DNA of 64,000 nucleotides, taken from a virus (lineage: Duplodnaviria > Heunggongvirae > Uroviricota > Caudoviricetes). A model generated the notes under the pieces. It had not been told where the DNA came from. It made no database searches and saw only the letters and a program-made list of their open reading frames with translations. Both the position numbers and the translations under genes were made by a program. Location: IMG/VR virus record IMGVR_UViG_3300006794_000002; one strand, given 5' to 3'. Numbering within the stretch: the stretch's first letter is position 1; each line of letters begins with the position of its first letter. Of this stretch, positions 34,454 to 42,854 are shown piece by piece.

Positions 34454-34473
34454 ACACTATTGTATCATCCGTG

Positions 34474-35016
34474 TCAAACACGATGGTGGATTCGACATCG
34501 AGCGGTGTATTCACCGTCTGCGAAACCGCCTACGACTATTGTATCATTGCTGTCAAGTAGTCGCTGCGTCATCGTCGCATCTTCGTGGCAGATAGAGCAG
34601 ATTGCAGTGAGTTTCGTCACTTCATCTGCTACCGCCAACAATCCGGGCATCGGCCCGAATGGTCTTCCTGCGAAGTCTTTATCCAGTCCTACAACTATAA
34701 CAGGCTTGTCAAGGCTCCAAGTTTGGAGGGTATCGACCAGACCGTTGTCGAAGAACTGTGCCTCGTCAACCGCGATCACGTCGGGATTGAAGAGATTCAG
34801 ATCGTTCCACATGGAAAACGACGTTTCGGTGAAAGTCGCTGGAACTGCGAGTCCGTTACGACTCTCTAACATAGTACTACGTGTGTCAAGTGCCGGTCGG
34901 TACACTGTGTACTTCAGACCAGCAATCTCGTATCTTCGCAGTATACGTATTAGTTCTTCTGTCTTTCCGGAGAACATGGGACCAGTTATGACATGAAGCC
35001 ATCCTGAGCGCCGCAC
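34474..35016 (-). CDS. tdk: thymidine kinase
   Basis: P-loop GPMFSGKTEELIR plus C-terminal zinc cysteines (CSICH…CRIHH), typical of type II TK. Confidence 0.8.
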   Translation of the reverse strand: MRRSGWLHVITGPMFSGKTEELIRILRRYEIAGLKYTVYRPALDTRSTMLESRNGLAVPATFTETSFSMWNDLNLFNPDVIAVDEAQFFDNGLVDTLQTWSLDKPVIVVGLDKDFAGRPFGPMPGLLAVADEVTKLTAICSICHEDATMTQRLLDSNDTIVVGGFADGEYTARCRIHHRV

Positions 35017-35073
35017 ATTATCCTCCTATAGTATATATACACTTTGAAGCGGAAAGTGTGACCATTTGGTCAC

Positions 35074-35349
35074 TTATTCCCCTTTTTGGGCGTTTTCGAC
35101 CTCTTCTATGAGGTTTGACAGCAATTCCGGGGCTTTCGTCAGGAATTCCAGCGTTCCGGGTAATCCTGCCACTGTTGAAGCGGAATTAGGGATCGGAACT
35201 ACGAGCGCTTGACCCGATTTGGTCCTCAAAACGCCTGTCACCGCTCCGGGCAAGCCGTGAGGCTCGCCGGGACCGCTGCTTGCTAGCACAAACGGGAAAT
35301 CAACCCGCAAAGCGGCTAGCGCTTCTTTTGCTTCTTGTAGAGCCGTCAA
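35074..35349 (-). CDS. hypothetical protein (91 aa)
   Basis: ORF between tdk and thyX. Confidence 0.35.
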   Translation of the reverse strand: MTALQEAKEALAALRVDFPFVLASSGPGEPHGLPGAVTGVLRTKSGQALVVPIPNSASTVAGLPGTLEFLTKAPELLSNLIEEVENAQKGE

Positions 35350-36131
35350 CGGACTCCCCTTTCATCTGAGATGACACCCTTCAAGAGTGTCGGATAAACC
35401 TCGATCAGTTGATCGTGGATCATCAAAGCCAGTTCGCGCATCTCTGGCTGAACCGACTTGTGTGTTCGTAGTTTCAAGAAATGTCGCCATTCCCTAAGAT
35501 TTCCGCCAACGACCATGCGCGTCAGCGTTCCGTTTGGCAGGATGTACCGGGCCAACTGCGGTGCAACGCCGTCTTTACGCATTTCACGGTAGATCGCCAA
35601 CAGCCGCTCGTTTGTGTCCCTCATGACATCCATGTTGGATTCTGCGGGGCAGCAGAGCGAGCCATCATCGTGGTATTCGGCCTCAGTAAAGTCGCCTTCA
35701 ATGAGTGGAACGTAGAACAATTCATCCGCGTTGGCGTCGTCATACTTCGTAAAGCGCTGAGACTCCTGCTGAAAGGAGAATAGGCGGTGCCGCACAAACT
35801 CGTGCGAGACTACCCGACTGCACTCCACAAAAACGATAGCGTGGGACATCTCGATCATGGACTCTTCACCAGAAGACATCCACTTTTCGATGATTGGCGT
35901 TCCATCCTTAGCGGTCTGTCCAAGGCGCTGAGCATTGGCTAGACCGTAGTCCCAACGACCGGCAAACTCGACAACAGGCTCAGGGTCAGTCCTGTGGCCC
36001 ACAAACTCGCTCTGGTCACTGGTTAGCGGAACGTACTTTGCAAGATCGGGGAATGCGTCACGGATTCGGGTAAATCCGGGCTTCCTGATCTGGTTCGGCT
36101 GACTATAGTACAGCAGTTCCGCGTAAGGCAT
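35346..36131 (-). CDS. thyX: flavin-dependent thymidylate synthase ThyX
   Basis: ThyX signature RHRLFSFQQESQRF (RHR-x7-S). Size 261 aa. Confidence 0.75.
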   Translation of the reverse strand: MPYAELLYYSQPNQIRKPGFTRIRDAFPDLAKYVPLTSDQSEFVGHRTDPEPVVEFAGRWDYGLANAQRLGQTAKDGTPIIEKWMSSGEESMIEMSHAIVFVECSRVVSHEFVRHRLFSFQQESQRFTKYDDANADELFYVPLIEGDFTEAEYHDDGSLCCPAESNMDVMRDTNERLLAIYREMRKDGVAPQLARYILPNGTLTRMVVGGNLREWRHFLKLRTHKSVQPEMRELALMIHDQLIEVYPTLLKGVISDERGVR

Positions 36132-36332
36132 TTAGAAGAGCATCCTTCCTGCAAACGAGATTGAGATTCTGGTCAGGATAACGGCCAGAAACGCCACATA
36201 CAACGGCATCGCCGCGAATGGTAGCGCGAAGTTCCAGATCGAACCAAGGATTACACCTGTGATTGCGAACAGAACTGCGATAAACAGAGTTGCGGTGAAA
36301 TCACCGATTAGAGCGCCTAGCGTACTCGCCAT
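36132..36332 (-). CDS. small membrane protein
   Basis: Two hydrophobic helices in 66 aa. Confidence 0.35.
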   Translation of the reverse strand: MASTLGALIGDFTATLFIAVLFAITGVILGSIWNFALPFAAMPLYVAFLAVILTRISISFAGRMLF

Positions 36333-36336
36333 GGTC

Positions 36337-36531
36337 TTACTTTACCTCGTACATTACTTCAAGTTTCGTACCGCAATTCGGGCACGCCTTGTTTCCTCGG
36401 CCCCACTTTTTCTTGGAGAAGGCGCGGGCGTAATAGTTACCTACCACGATTCCGCGTCCACTCTTCGTACATTTGGGGCACTTTGCAAAAACCGTAGGGT
36501 CGTCTGAAGTCAGAACAATATCCCTATTCAC
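36337..36531 (-). CDS. zinc-ribbon protein
   Basis: CPKCTKSG…CPNCGTKL forms two CxxC pairs. Confidence 0.4.
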   Translation of the reverse strand: MNRDIVLTSDDPTVFAKCPKCTKSGRGIVVGNYYARAFSKKKWGRGNKACPNCGTKLEVMYEVK

Positions 36532-36543
36532 ATCTAACCTCTT

Positions 36544-38541
36544 CTAGCAAGCGGTCCAACTACAGGTGTAGCACTTCTGGCATCCCTCTTCGTTGACGAC
36601 TGTGCCAGAACAGTCATCTGAGTGTCCTGCTGCAACAAGAATAAATCCGCCAAACCCAATGTCGGGATTACCGTCTTTATTTCCTGTCTGCGGGTAGAAG
36701 CCCTCATCGGCCTTACGCTGCTTGAACGCCAGTTTACCTTCAAGATCGGCAATCTTCTGTTCAAGTTTGGCAATGACCTCATTTGGGTCTTCATGGTACA
36801 GCACTTGGATGTTTCGACTTCCGTCTCGGTAGTACGCAACACCCTTTAGTCCTTTCTCGTAAGCAAGATCGAATGCTTTTGCCGTCTCTTCAACGGTCTG
36901 GTTCTTCGGCGCATTGATAGTCTTCGAAACCGAAGAATCAACATACCTCTGAACGGCTGCTTGCATTGCGATATGCTCTTCAACTGTGATCTGCTGAGAA
37001 GTAACAACGTAGTCCGGCAGAAGCGGACCTAGTTTTTCAATGGCCTCAGGCTGAATCCAGCGCTTGCCTACCCTGTCATCACGCCAGTAGCCAGTGTTAA
37101 AGTACGGTTCGATTCCTGAGTTGACACCGGCCAGAAGACTAGTTGTTCCTGTCGGTGCTTGGGTAAGTAGAAAGATATTCCGTAGAGGGGCTGCTTTTTC
37201 GTGCCTCTCAAAGTACTCAGCAAGATATGGCCGCGACCACATTGAGTCTGACCACAGATTGGCTGGTCCCTTTCGGGTAGCGATATCCATAGAGGATTCA
37301 ATAGCCGCATCCTTCATCTCCCTAAAGACACGCTCGGTAAAGGCTACTGCTTCGTGAGAGCCGTATCTGATTCCCAAGCGGACAAGAGCATCTGCGAGGC
37401 CCATTGCGCCAAGTCCGATACGTCGTAAGTCACGCTGTCTCTGTTCAGTTTCGGGTAGAAAATAAAAGTTCTTGTCAATGCAGTTGTCAAGGAACGCGAT
37501 TGCGCCTTTGACATCGGAGCGGAAACGCTTAAAGTCGAAGATAGGGTCGCCGTCAAAACCAAAGGGGGTAACGTAGGCATTTAGATTCATTGCTCCTAGG
37601 TTGCAAACAGAGTAAGCGCCTAGTCCCTGCTCTCCACAGGGGTTAACACTAATGATCCTCTCGGTTCCATTAGCAGTTGAGAGAGCATTGTATCTATCGA
37701 TAAAAACAACACCGGGTTCGCCGCTTGCGTGGGCTGATTCTGAAATTGCGTTCCAGAGTTCCCCAACGGCAATTGATCCGTAATTCTTAACTGGAAGTCC
37801 ACGCCTCTTCCACCCGGCAAGATCGCCGTCCCATGATAGGTTATATTCTGGATGAGTCGTGTCGGGGAATACGAAGTCCCATCTAAGGTCATCGCCCCCG
37901 GCCAGTCCATCTCTCTGTCGATTGACTCTATCCATAAACTCGTCTGATATGGCGACTGATATGTTGGCATTCTCTATTCTGCCCTTCTCTGTCTTGGCCT
38001 TGATGAAGTTTAGCACATCGGGATGCCAGTCGTCCAACATGAACATGGCTGCGCCTCTGCGCGAGCCACCTTGGATGACTTCACCTACTGCTTTGCTGGC
38101 AACATCCATCCAACCTATTGGTCCGGAACTTGTGCCAGAAATACGACTAAGATAAGCACCGCTAGGGCGAAGAACTGACCAGTTGATACCAACGCCACCG
38201 CCACGAGACATGATATCGACCATGGTGCCGATAGTGTCAATGATCGCTTCACGCGAGTCTGCACCAGCATCCCTCTTGGTTTCTACTGGAATTACGTAAC
38301 AGTTGTAGAAGGTCTTTTCCTTCTCAGCGCCAGCGCCAGCCAGAATACGGCCACCGGGCACAAATTTGAAATCGTCTAGTAGTTCGCGGAACGCCTTCCG
38401 CTCTTCGGGCGTGTCACCGATAGCATCCGCCACTCTTGTCCACATTTGCTGCGGGGTGGACTCAACCGCTTCTCCGTTCTCATCTTTTAGGGCGTATCGG
38501 TCCAGAAAGAGTTGTTCTTGTTGTTCATTGAGTTTGGTCAT
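36544..38541 (-). CDS. nrdJ: ribonucleotide reductase, class II (B12-dependent, NrdJ-like)
   Basis: Active-site motif NPCGEQGL. C-terminal redox cysteine cluster CQKCYTCSWTAC. 665-aa single-chain enzyme with no separate beta subunit nearby. Confidence 0.6.
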   Translation of the reverse strand: MTKLNEQQEQLFLDRYALKDENGEAVESTPQQMWTRVADAIGDTPEERKAFRELLDDFKFVPGGRILAGAGAEKEKTFYNCYVIPVETKRDAGADSREAIIDTIGTMVDIMSRGGGVGINWSVLRPSGAYLSRISGTSSGPIGWMDVASKAVGEVIQGGSRRGAAMFMLDDWHPDVLNFIKAKTEKGRIENANISVAISDEFMDRVNRQRDGLAGGDDLRWDFVFPDTTHPEYNLSWDGDLAGWKRRGLPVKNYGSIAVGELWNAISESAHASGEPGVVFIDRYNALSTANGTERIISVNPCGEQGLGAYSVCNLGAMNLNAYVTPFGFDGDPIFDFKRFRSDVKGAIAFLDNCIDKNFYFLPETEQRQRDLRRIGLGAMGLADALVRLGIRYGSHEAVAFTERVFREMKDAAIESSMDIATRKGPANLWSDSMWSRPYLAEYFERHEKAAPLRNIFLLTQAPTGTTSLLAGVNSGIEPYFNTGYWRDDRVGKRWIQPEAIEKLGPLLPDYVVTSQQITVEEHIAMQAAVQRYVDSSVSKTINAPKNQTVEETAKAFDLAYEKGLKGVAYYRDGSRNIQVLYHEDPNEVIAKLEQKIADLEGKLAFKQRKADEGFYPQTGNKDGNPDIGFGGFILVAAGHSDDCSGTVVNEEGCQKCYTCSWTAC

Positions 38542-38608
38542 ACTTTCCTGAGTTAGATAGAAAAATAGCGGGCACCACCGTTAGGCAATGCCCGCTCTAA
38601 AGGGCTTA

Positions 38609-40141
38609 CTAGAAAGGCCAGTCTTCGTTCTGACCACGCTCGATCAGGTCGATCAACTTGAATCCTGCGTCGGTCAATCCCGCGAAGGTATAGCGGTTGT
38701 CCGTGCCCGTAGGCAACTGACCAACGCTGTAACCAGCGACATTGAACGTGAAGATTGGCTTGTTGATCGTAGCCGCTGGCTTTCGGCCATAGGCATTAGC
38801 CTGTTCATCGGTTAGGATGACGACTCGATCATGGTTAGAGTAGGTGCTGTCCAGCGTCTTGAAGGTTTCGGTTCCACCCATGTCAGCCTTGAACTTGCGA
38901 GCAAGTTCTAGAACTGGCGTGGTCTTGTTGAAATCGACCTTCTGGCTACCAGTACCATAGCGGTACAGATCAGCGCTTTCGGCACGAAGGGCAAGGGCGG
39001 CTCCGAAGAGTCCTGCTTGCTCTGCGAACGTCAATTCGCTGTTCTTTGAGTTATGGCTGGTCATCGAGCCTGAGTTGTCAACCAAGATTAGAGTACGACC
39101 CTTCAGAGAAGGAACGTTCTGCAAGGTTCCGGCAATAGCGTCTTCTAGAGCCGCCTTTGCCTTCAGGTTATCGATGTTCTTGAATGCGCTGTGGAAGCGA
39201 ATAGGGAACTGGCGAGACTTCGCTACTTCCTCTGGATCAGCCAACTTAGTCAAGACCGTAGCCATGACTTCCTTGCTGACACCAGCCTGTTCGAAGTTAC
39301 GAAGGTTGCGTAGGAGCGCCATGTAGCCCATTGAAGGGATAATGGCTTCCCAAGCAGCAGCGTCCATTGGTCCCTGTAGCCATCCGGAGACGCTCTCCCA
39401 AGTCATTCCGGCGCTAGCCAGAGTTTCAGGGTCTAGAGCGGCACGCCTGTCTGAGACAGGAAGGGCCATCAGAGCCTTGTACGCAGCGATCATCTTCAGG
39501 TTCTCTGTAGATGCGTCACGACCGTGGCGAGTGTTCAAGGCGTACTTGAACAGTTCGCTTTGCCAACCAGCCTTAGGAGCAGGGTGAACAATGTCAATGA
39601 CATCGCCAAAGCGATAGCCGCTACCGGCAGAGTCGTACTTCAGAACGCTGCGTTCGTTGTACAGCCTCTTAACGGCGTCTGCGACACCACGCTTGATAGG
39701 CTGAGGAATGTTACGACCGTAACGTGCGCGGTAGTAGCCCAAGACCTCTGCTGGTTCGTCGGCACGAGCGATAGCGGAATCAATGACCTTTCGGCCACCC
39801 TTTCCACCAGCGCGGACGTACTCGACCGCCATGACGACTGAGGCACTTCGCATGTTCATCTCGTTGCGGAGATAAGGAACGAAACGTGCGACCCAATCTG
39901 AGTCCTTTGCAACTACCTTGGCAACAAGGTCGTTGAACCTCTTGTCGCGGGCTTCACTCTTCTCGTAGAAGGTGTCTTCCCCGACCATGTTTGAAACGGC
40001 AAGCAAGAACAATTCGCTCTTTGGCTTGCGGGTATAGCCCTCGCCCATGTTGCCCGTGTAGGCATCACTCGTCTTTGAGCGGGACTTGATCTTAGCAATA
40101 GGCGTATAAGCCTTTGGCGCTAGGTTTGCTAACTTTGGCAT
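38609..40141 (-). CDS. rsr: Ro60/Rsr orthologue (TROVE domain + C-terminal vWA domain)
   Basis: vWA motif LILVDNSGSM (DxSxS-type site that binds a metal ion and mediates adhesion) in the C-terminal third. ~510-aa TROVE-sized N-terminal region. Strong AAGGAGGattgttATG start at 40141. The listed N-terminal extension up to 40213 is a spurious reading of the ncRNA leader. Confidence 0.55.
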   Translation of the reverse strand: MPKLANLAPKAYTPIAKIKSRSKTSDAYTGNMGEGYTRKPKSELFLLAVSNMVGEDTFYEKSEARDKRFNDLVAKVVAKDSDWVARFVPYLRNEMNMRSASVVMAVEYVRAGGKGGRKVIDSAIARADEPAEVLGYYRARYGRNIPQPIKRGVADAVKRLYNERSVLKYDSAGSGYRFGDVIDIVHPAPKAGWQSELFKYALNTRHGRDASTENLKMIAAYKALMALPVSDRRAALDPETLASAGMTWESVSGWLQGPMDAAAWEAIIPSMGYMALLRNLRNFEQAGVSKEVMATVLTKLADPEEVAKSRQFPIRFHSAFKNIDNLKAKAALEDAIAGTLQNVPSLKGRTLILVDNSGSMTSHNSKNSELTFAEQAGLFGAALALRAESADLYRYGTGSQKVDFNKTTPVLELARKFKADMGGTETFKTLDSTYSNHDRVVILTDEQANAYGRKPAATINKPIFTFNVAGYSVGQLPTGTDNRYTFAGLTDAGFKLIDLIERGQNEDWPF

Positions 40142-40707
40142 AACAATCCTCCTTGGGATTTTGACAACGAGAACAAGGCGCAGAAAGCCGTAAACTTGGT
40201 GGATTCGCACCACCTAGGTTTGCTTTGAAGGCAAATTGACAACTAACGTCGAAGTAACTCTCTACTACGCACCGTTATCGTTATGCGTGAATTATTGTGA
40301 CAGCGGGGACAAGTCGGAACAAGTTGAAACCCTCAGGTGAAGAGGGCTGAGGCACCAGCCTCAATTTCCCCATGGTGGGGAAAGTTTGGATCGAACAAAC
40401 GAAGTAACTCGACCCTACGCATCGCTATCGCGCAGCCCTAGCAAGGCTAGGTGAACAGATGTGAACAAGACGAAAAAAGAACGTTTAGCATGTTACCACT
40501 ACACCAAACCGGGATGGTCCCGGTTGACCGATTCGAACGGCCCTCTCTGCTTTCAAGGCAGCGAAGTAACTCTTTTCTACGCATCATCTGAACACCTAGA
40601 CTCGCTAGATGCTACTATGTTATTCCTCCGAGGACAAGATCGAACAAGGCTGTTTTTGGGTTAAAGCACAACCGAAGTAACCCTGCTCTTCGCATCGAAG
40701 TCTTCTA
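40142..40707 (-). ncRNA. Y-RNA-like (YrlA-like) leader: tandem tRNA-like modules and a 4× conserved repeat upstream of rsr
   Basis: Modules:
- 40198–40235: T-arm-like ggtgg-attcgca-ccacc plus tttgc-tttgaag-gcaaa.
- 40365–40400: tttcccca-tgg-tggggaaa plus gtttg-gatcgaa-caaac.
- 40507–40561: aaccggga-tgg-tcccggtt, then gaccg-attcgaa-cggcc, then ctgc-tttcaag-gcag.

Motif CGAAGTAAC…CTACGCATC recurs at 40250, 40400, 40562 and 40673. Confidence 0.4.
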
Positions 40708-41046
40708 CTATACCACAAACTCTACCTCCTTGTCCAACACTTCCGGAAGTTCCTCTTTCGTCAGGGTCTTGCGCGTCCTCTGGTAAGCAATCTCGGTGAT
40801 GGCTGTACGCTGAATCTCCTGAACAGAGTACCACTGCTCGTTGTCCGGATCGTAGGACAGCCCTACTAGGATCGACTCAGGGAAGACATGGAGCAGAGCG
40901 CCATAGGTGTGGCAAACGCCAATTTCGGCCTTGATGGTCAACTGTGCTGCGGGCGTCCATTCATCTCTTGCCCGCATCAGGCCAGAGTCAACCCAAGTGA
41001 CGATGACTGACTTGTACTTGTCGCGCTTACTTACTTTTACTGGCAC
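40708..41046 (-). CDS. hypothetical protein (112 aa)
   Basis: ORF. Start overlaps the upstream stop. Confidence 0.35.
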   Translation of the reverse strand: MPVKVSKRDKYKSVIVTWVDSGLMRARDEWTPAAQLTIKAEIGVCHTYGALLHVFPESILVGLSYDPDNEQWYSVQEIQRTAITEIAYQRTRKTLTKEELPEVLDKEVEFVV

Positions 41047-41354
41047 TATGCGAAACTCTCACTCCTAGAGTTAGGGCCGTCGAAACGGCCACCTTCGTTC
41101 TCCCAAGTCTGCTCACCCTGAAAGCCGAACAGACGAGACAACTTGAATCCAGACTCAGCCAAGATGTGCATGGCGTGATCGGCGCTGTTGCAGTAAACGT
41201 GGTGATGATCCGTGTGACCGGCTACCGCATGTTTCATTACTTGCTTGATTGCGTCTTCCATCATTTCTCTCTCACAGTTGCACTTGAACGATTGCATCGG
41301 GGAAACGCTGATGAAGGCAATGTGTTTCCCGCTGATGCACATGTAGACACCCAT
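41046..41354 (-). CDS. hypothetical His/Cys-rich protein (possible metal-binding)
   Basis: HAVAGHTDHHHVYCNSADHAMH stretch. Confidence 0.35.
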   Translation of the reverse strand: MGVYMCISGKHIAFISVSPMQSFKCNCEREMMEDAIKQVMKHAVAGHTDHHHVYCNSADHAMHILAESGFKLSRLFGFQGEQTWENEGGRFDGPNSRSESFA

Positions 41355-41689
41355 TAGCAGTCACAACCGCTGTTAACAACTGCGACTACAGGCTTGTCGG
41401 TGTCAAGAACCTCGGAAGGCTCTCGCGCCACGACATCGGTGTTGTTGAACATGCCGTGAACATAGGAATCGGCCCAAAGAGGGGTAAGCCTCCTAATCTT
41501 CTCTTCTTCAGTGATCTTGCCCGCCCTGAAGTCGTCCCATACCTTCGTGATCTTTTGGCCGATGGCCTCGGACTTAACCTTGTTCTCAGCCACGATCTGC
41601 CGTGCCTCGTTAACAGAGTTAGCAAGGATGGCAACCGTAGCAGAATCGTGGTAGTCCCCCTGACCACCGTGCCAGATGAATAGTTTCAT
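41354..41689 (-). CDS. hypothetical protein (111 aa)
   Basis: ORF packed with its neighbours. Confidence 0.35.
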   Translation of the reverse strand: MKLFIWHGGQGDYHDSATVAILANSVNEARQIVAENKVKSEAIGQKITKVWDDFRAGKITEEEKIRRLTPLWADSYVHGMFNNTDVVAREPSEVLDTDKPVVAVVNSGCDC

Positions 41690-42024
41690 TCTTCATACCT
41701 TTCAGGGTGTCGCCACATGTCGTAGCGGACCATTAGTTCTCCAAGGGATTCCTTGCCAAAGAACTGTGTTTCCCAAAACCAAATAGAGAGACGTATCCGT
41801 GGTGGATAGACTTCCTTGCCGCACATCTCACACTCGTACCCGTACTCCGGTGGCTCGTAGTAACCGTACCAAATCTCATGATAGGTAGACCAGTGCCAGC
41901 CGATCCAACAGCGCCAAGAATGACGCCACTGCTTCAGGACATACCACCACTCACCAAGCCAAGCCGGATCGCCAGTTCGAAGGAAACGACCTACGTCTTT
42001 GAGGTAGTTCATCTTGGTGTACAA
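41686..42024 (-). CDS. Trp/Tyr-rich hypothetical protein
   Basis: 13 Trp in 112 aa (WWYVLKQWRHSWRCWIGWHW…). Confidence 0.35.
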   Translation of the reverse strand: MYTKMNYLKDVGRFLRTGDPAWLGEWWYVLKQWRHSWRCWIGWHWSTYHEIWYGYYEPPEYGYECEMCGKEVYPPRIRLSIWFWETQFFGKESLGELMVRYDMWRHPERYEE

Positions 42025-42025
42025 G

Positions 42026-42274
42026 TTACTTTCCTTTCGGCCAGAAGAACCAGATTAGGAGCAGGATCACCCAATATCCCGTGGAAAGGGCAAGAGCCAC
42101 TAACGCTATTGTAGCAGGGACTACAAGTATCCAGAAAGAAAGGTTGACAAGAGCGGCATCTGCCACATGTCCAAACCAATGATGTCCATTGTAAAGAGGA
42201 TAAAGGTTTCTATCTGTATCTGTAGGATATACAGTACTATTCTCTTCATACTCTACTGAATCTGTAGATAACAC
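42026..42274 (-). CDS. small membrane protein
   Basis: Two TM-like hydrophobic segments. Confidence 0.35.
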   Translation of the reverse strand: MLSTDSVEYEENSTVYPTDTDRNLYPLYNGHHWFGHVADAALVNLSFWILVVPATIALVALALSTGYWVILLLIWFFWPKGK

Positions 42275-42290
42275 CTTACACTCCTATACA

Positions 42291-42320
42291 TATATACATT
42301 GATATCAATGTATACAGTGT
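42291..42320. promoter_or_regulatory. 18-bp perfect palindrome TACATTGATATCAATGTA in an AT-rich segment (operator-like)
   Basis: The sequence is self-complementary. Lies at the head of the minus-strand early block. Confidence 0.45.
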
Positions 42321-42324
42321 ATCA

Positions 42325-42498
<174 letters not shown>

Positions 42499-42499
42499 T

Positions 42500-42854
42500 T
42501 AATCATATCACCCCTGTCAAACGCCTATTTCTCCGTGTGGGCTTTCCGAATAAACAAGTGACCAATCAGTCACCTATTAGCGAGCGAAGCGAGCGGGTAG
42601 GCCGAACTTTCAAAAATGGTCTGTTTAGTGTTTAGGCATCAGGTTGGGTCGAAAAAAGCGCCATTCGTGCGGGAATGAGCGGGTATTGTGCGTGATATCG
42701 ACGGACTGTTATGAATTTGTAACGTTTCTGTGCGTCAGAATGCAAGGCGACGTGCTTTAATTTCCCTTGTGAAAAGCACGCGACGGACAGCACGCGAAAT
42801 TAATTTCCGAGTGTTTTTCGTTGAAATTCATTGCATACGTGAAAGGATGCACAA
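42500..42854. promoter_or_regulatory. divergent early control region with repeated motifs
   Basis: Inverted repeat GTGACcaatcaGTCAC. Direct repeats GCGAGCG ×2, AGCACGCGA ×2 and TTAATTTCC ×2. No ORF over 350 nt between the divergent blocks. Confidence 0.4.

Noticed and set aside
30303-34460. CRISPR array interpretation of the regularly spaced ~75-nt repeats.
   Set aside because: The repeats are tRNA genes: they fold into cloverleaves and their T-arms are conserved while the spacers are not. The direct repeats are not identical.
40142-40213. N-terminal extension of the Rsr ORF (MVRIHQVYGFLRLVLVVKIPRRIV…) from a GTG at 40213.
   Set aside because: The extension reads through a T-arm-like hairpin of the Y-RNA-like leader and has no RBS. 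A perfect AAGGAGG-N6-ATG start lies at 40141.
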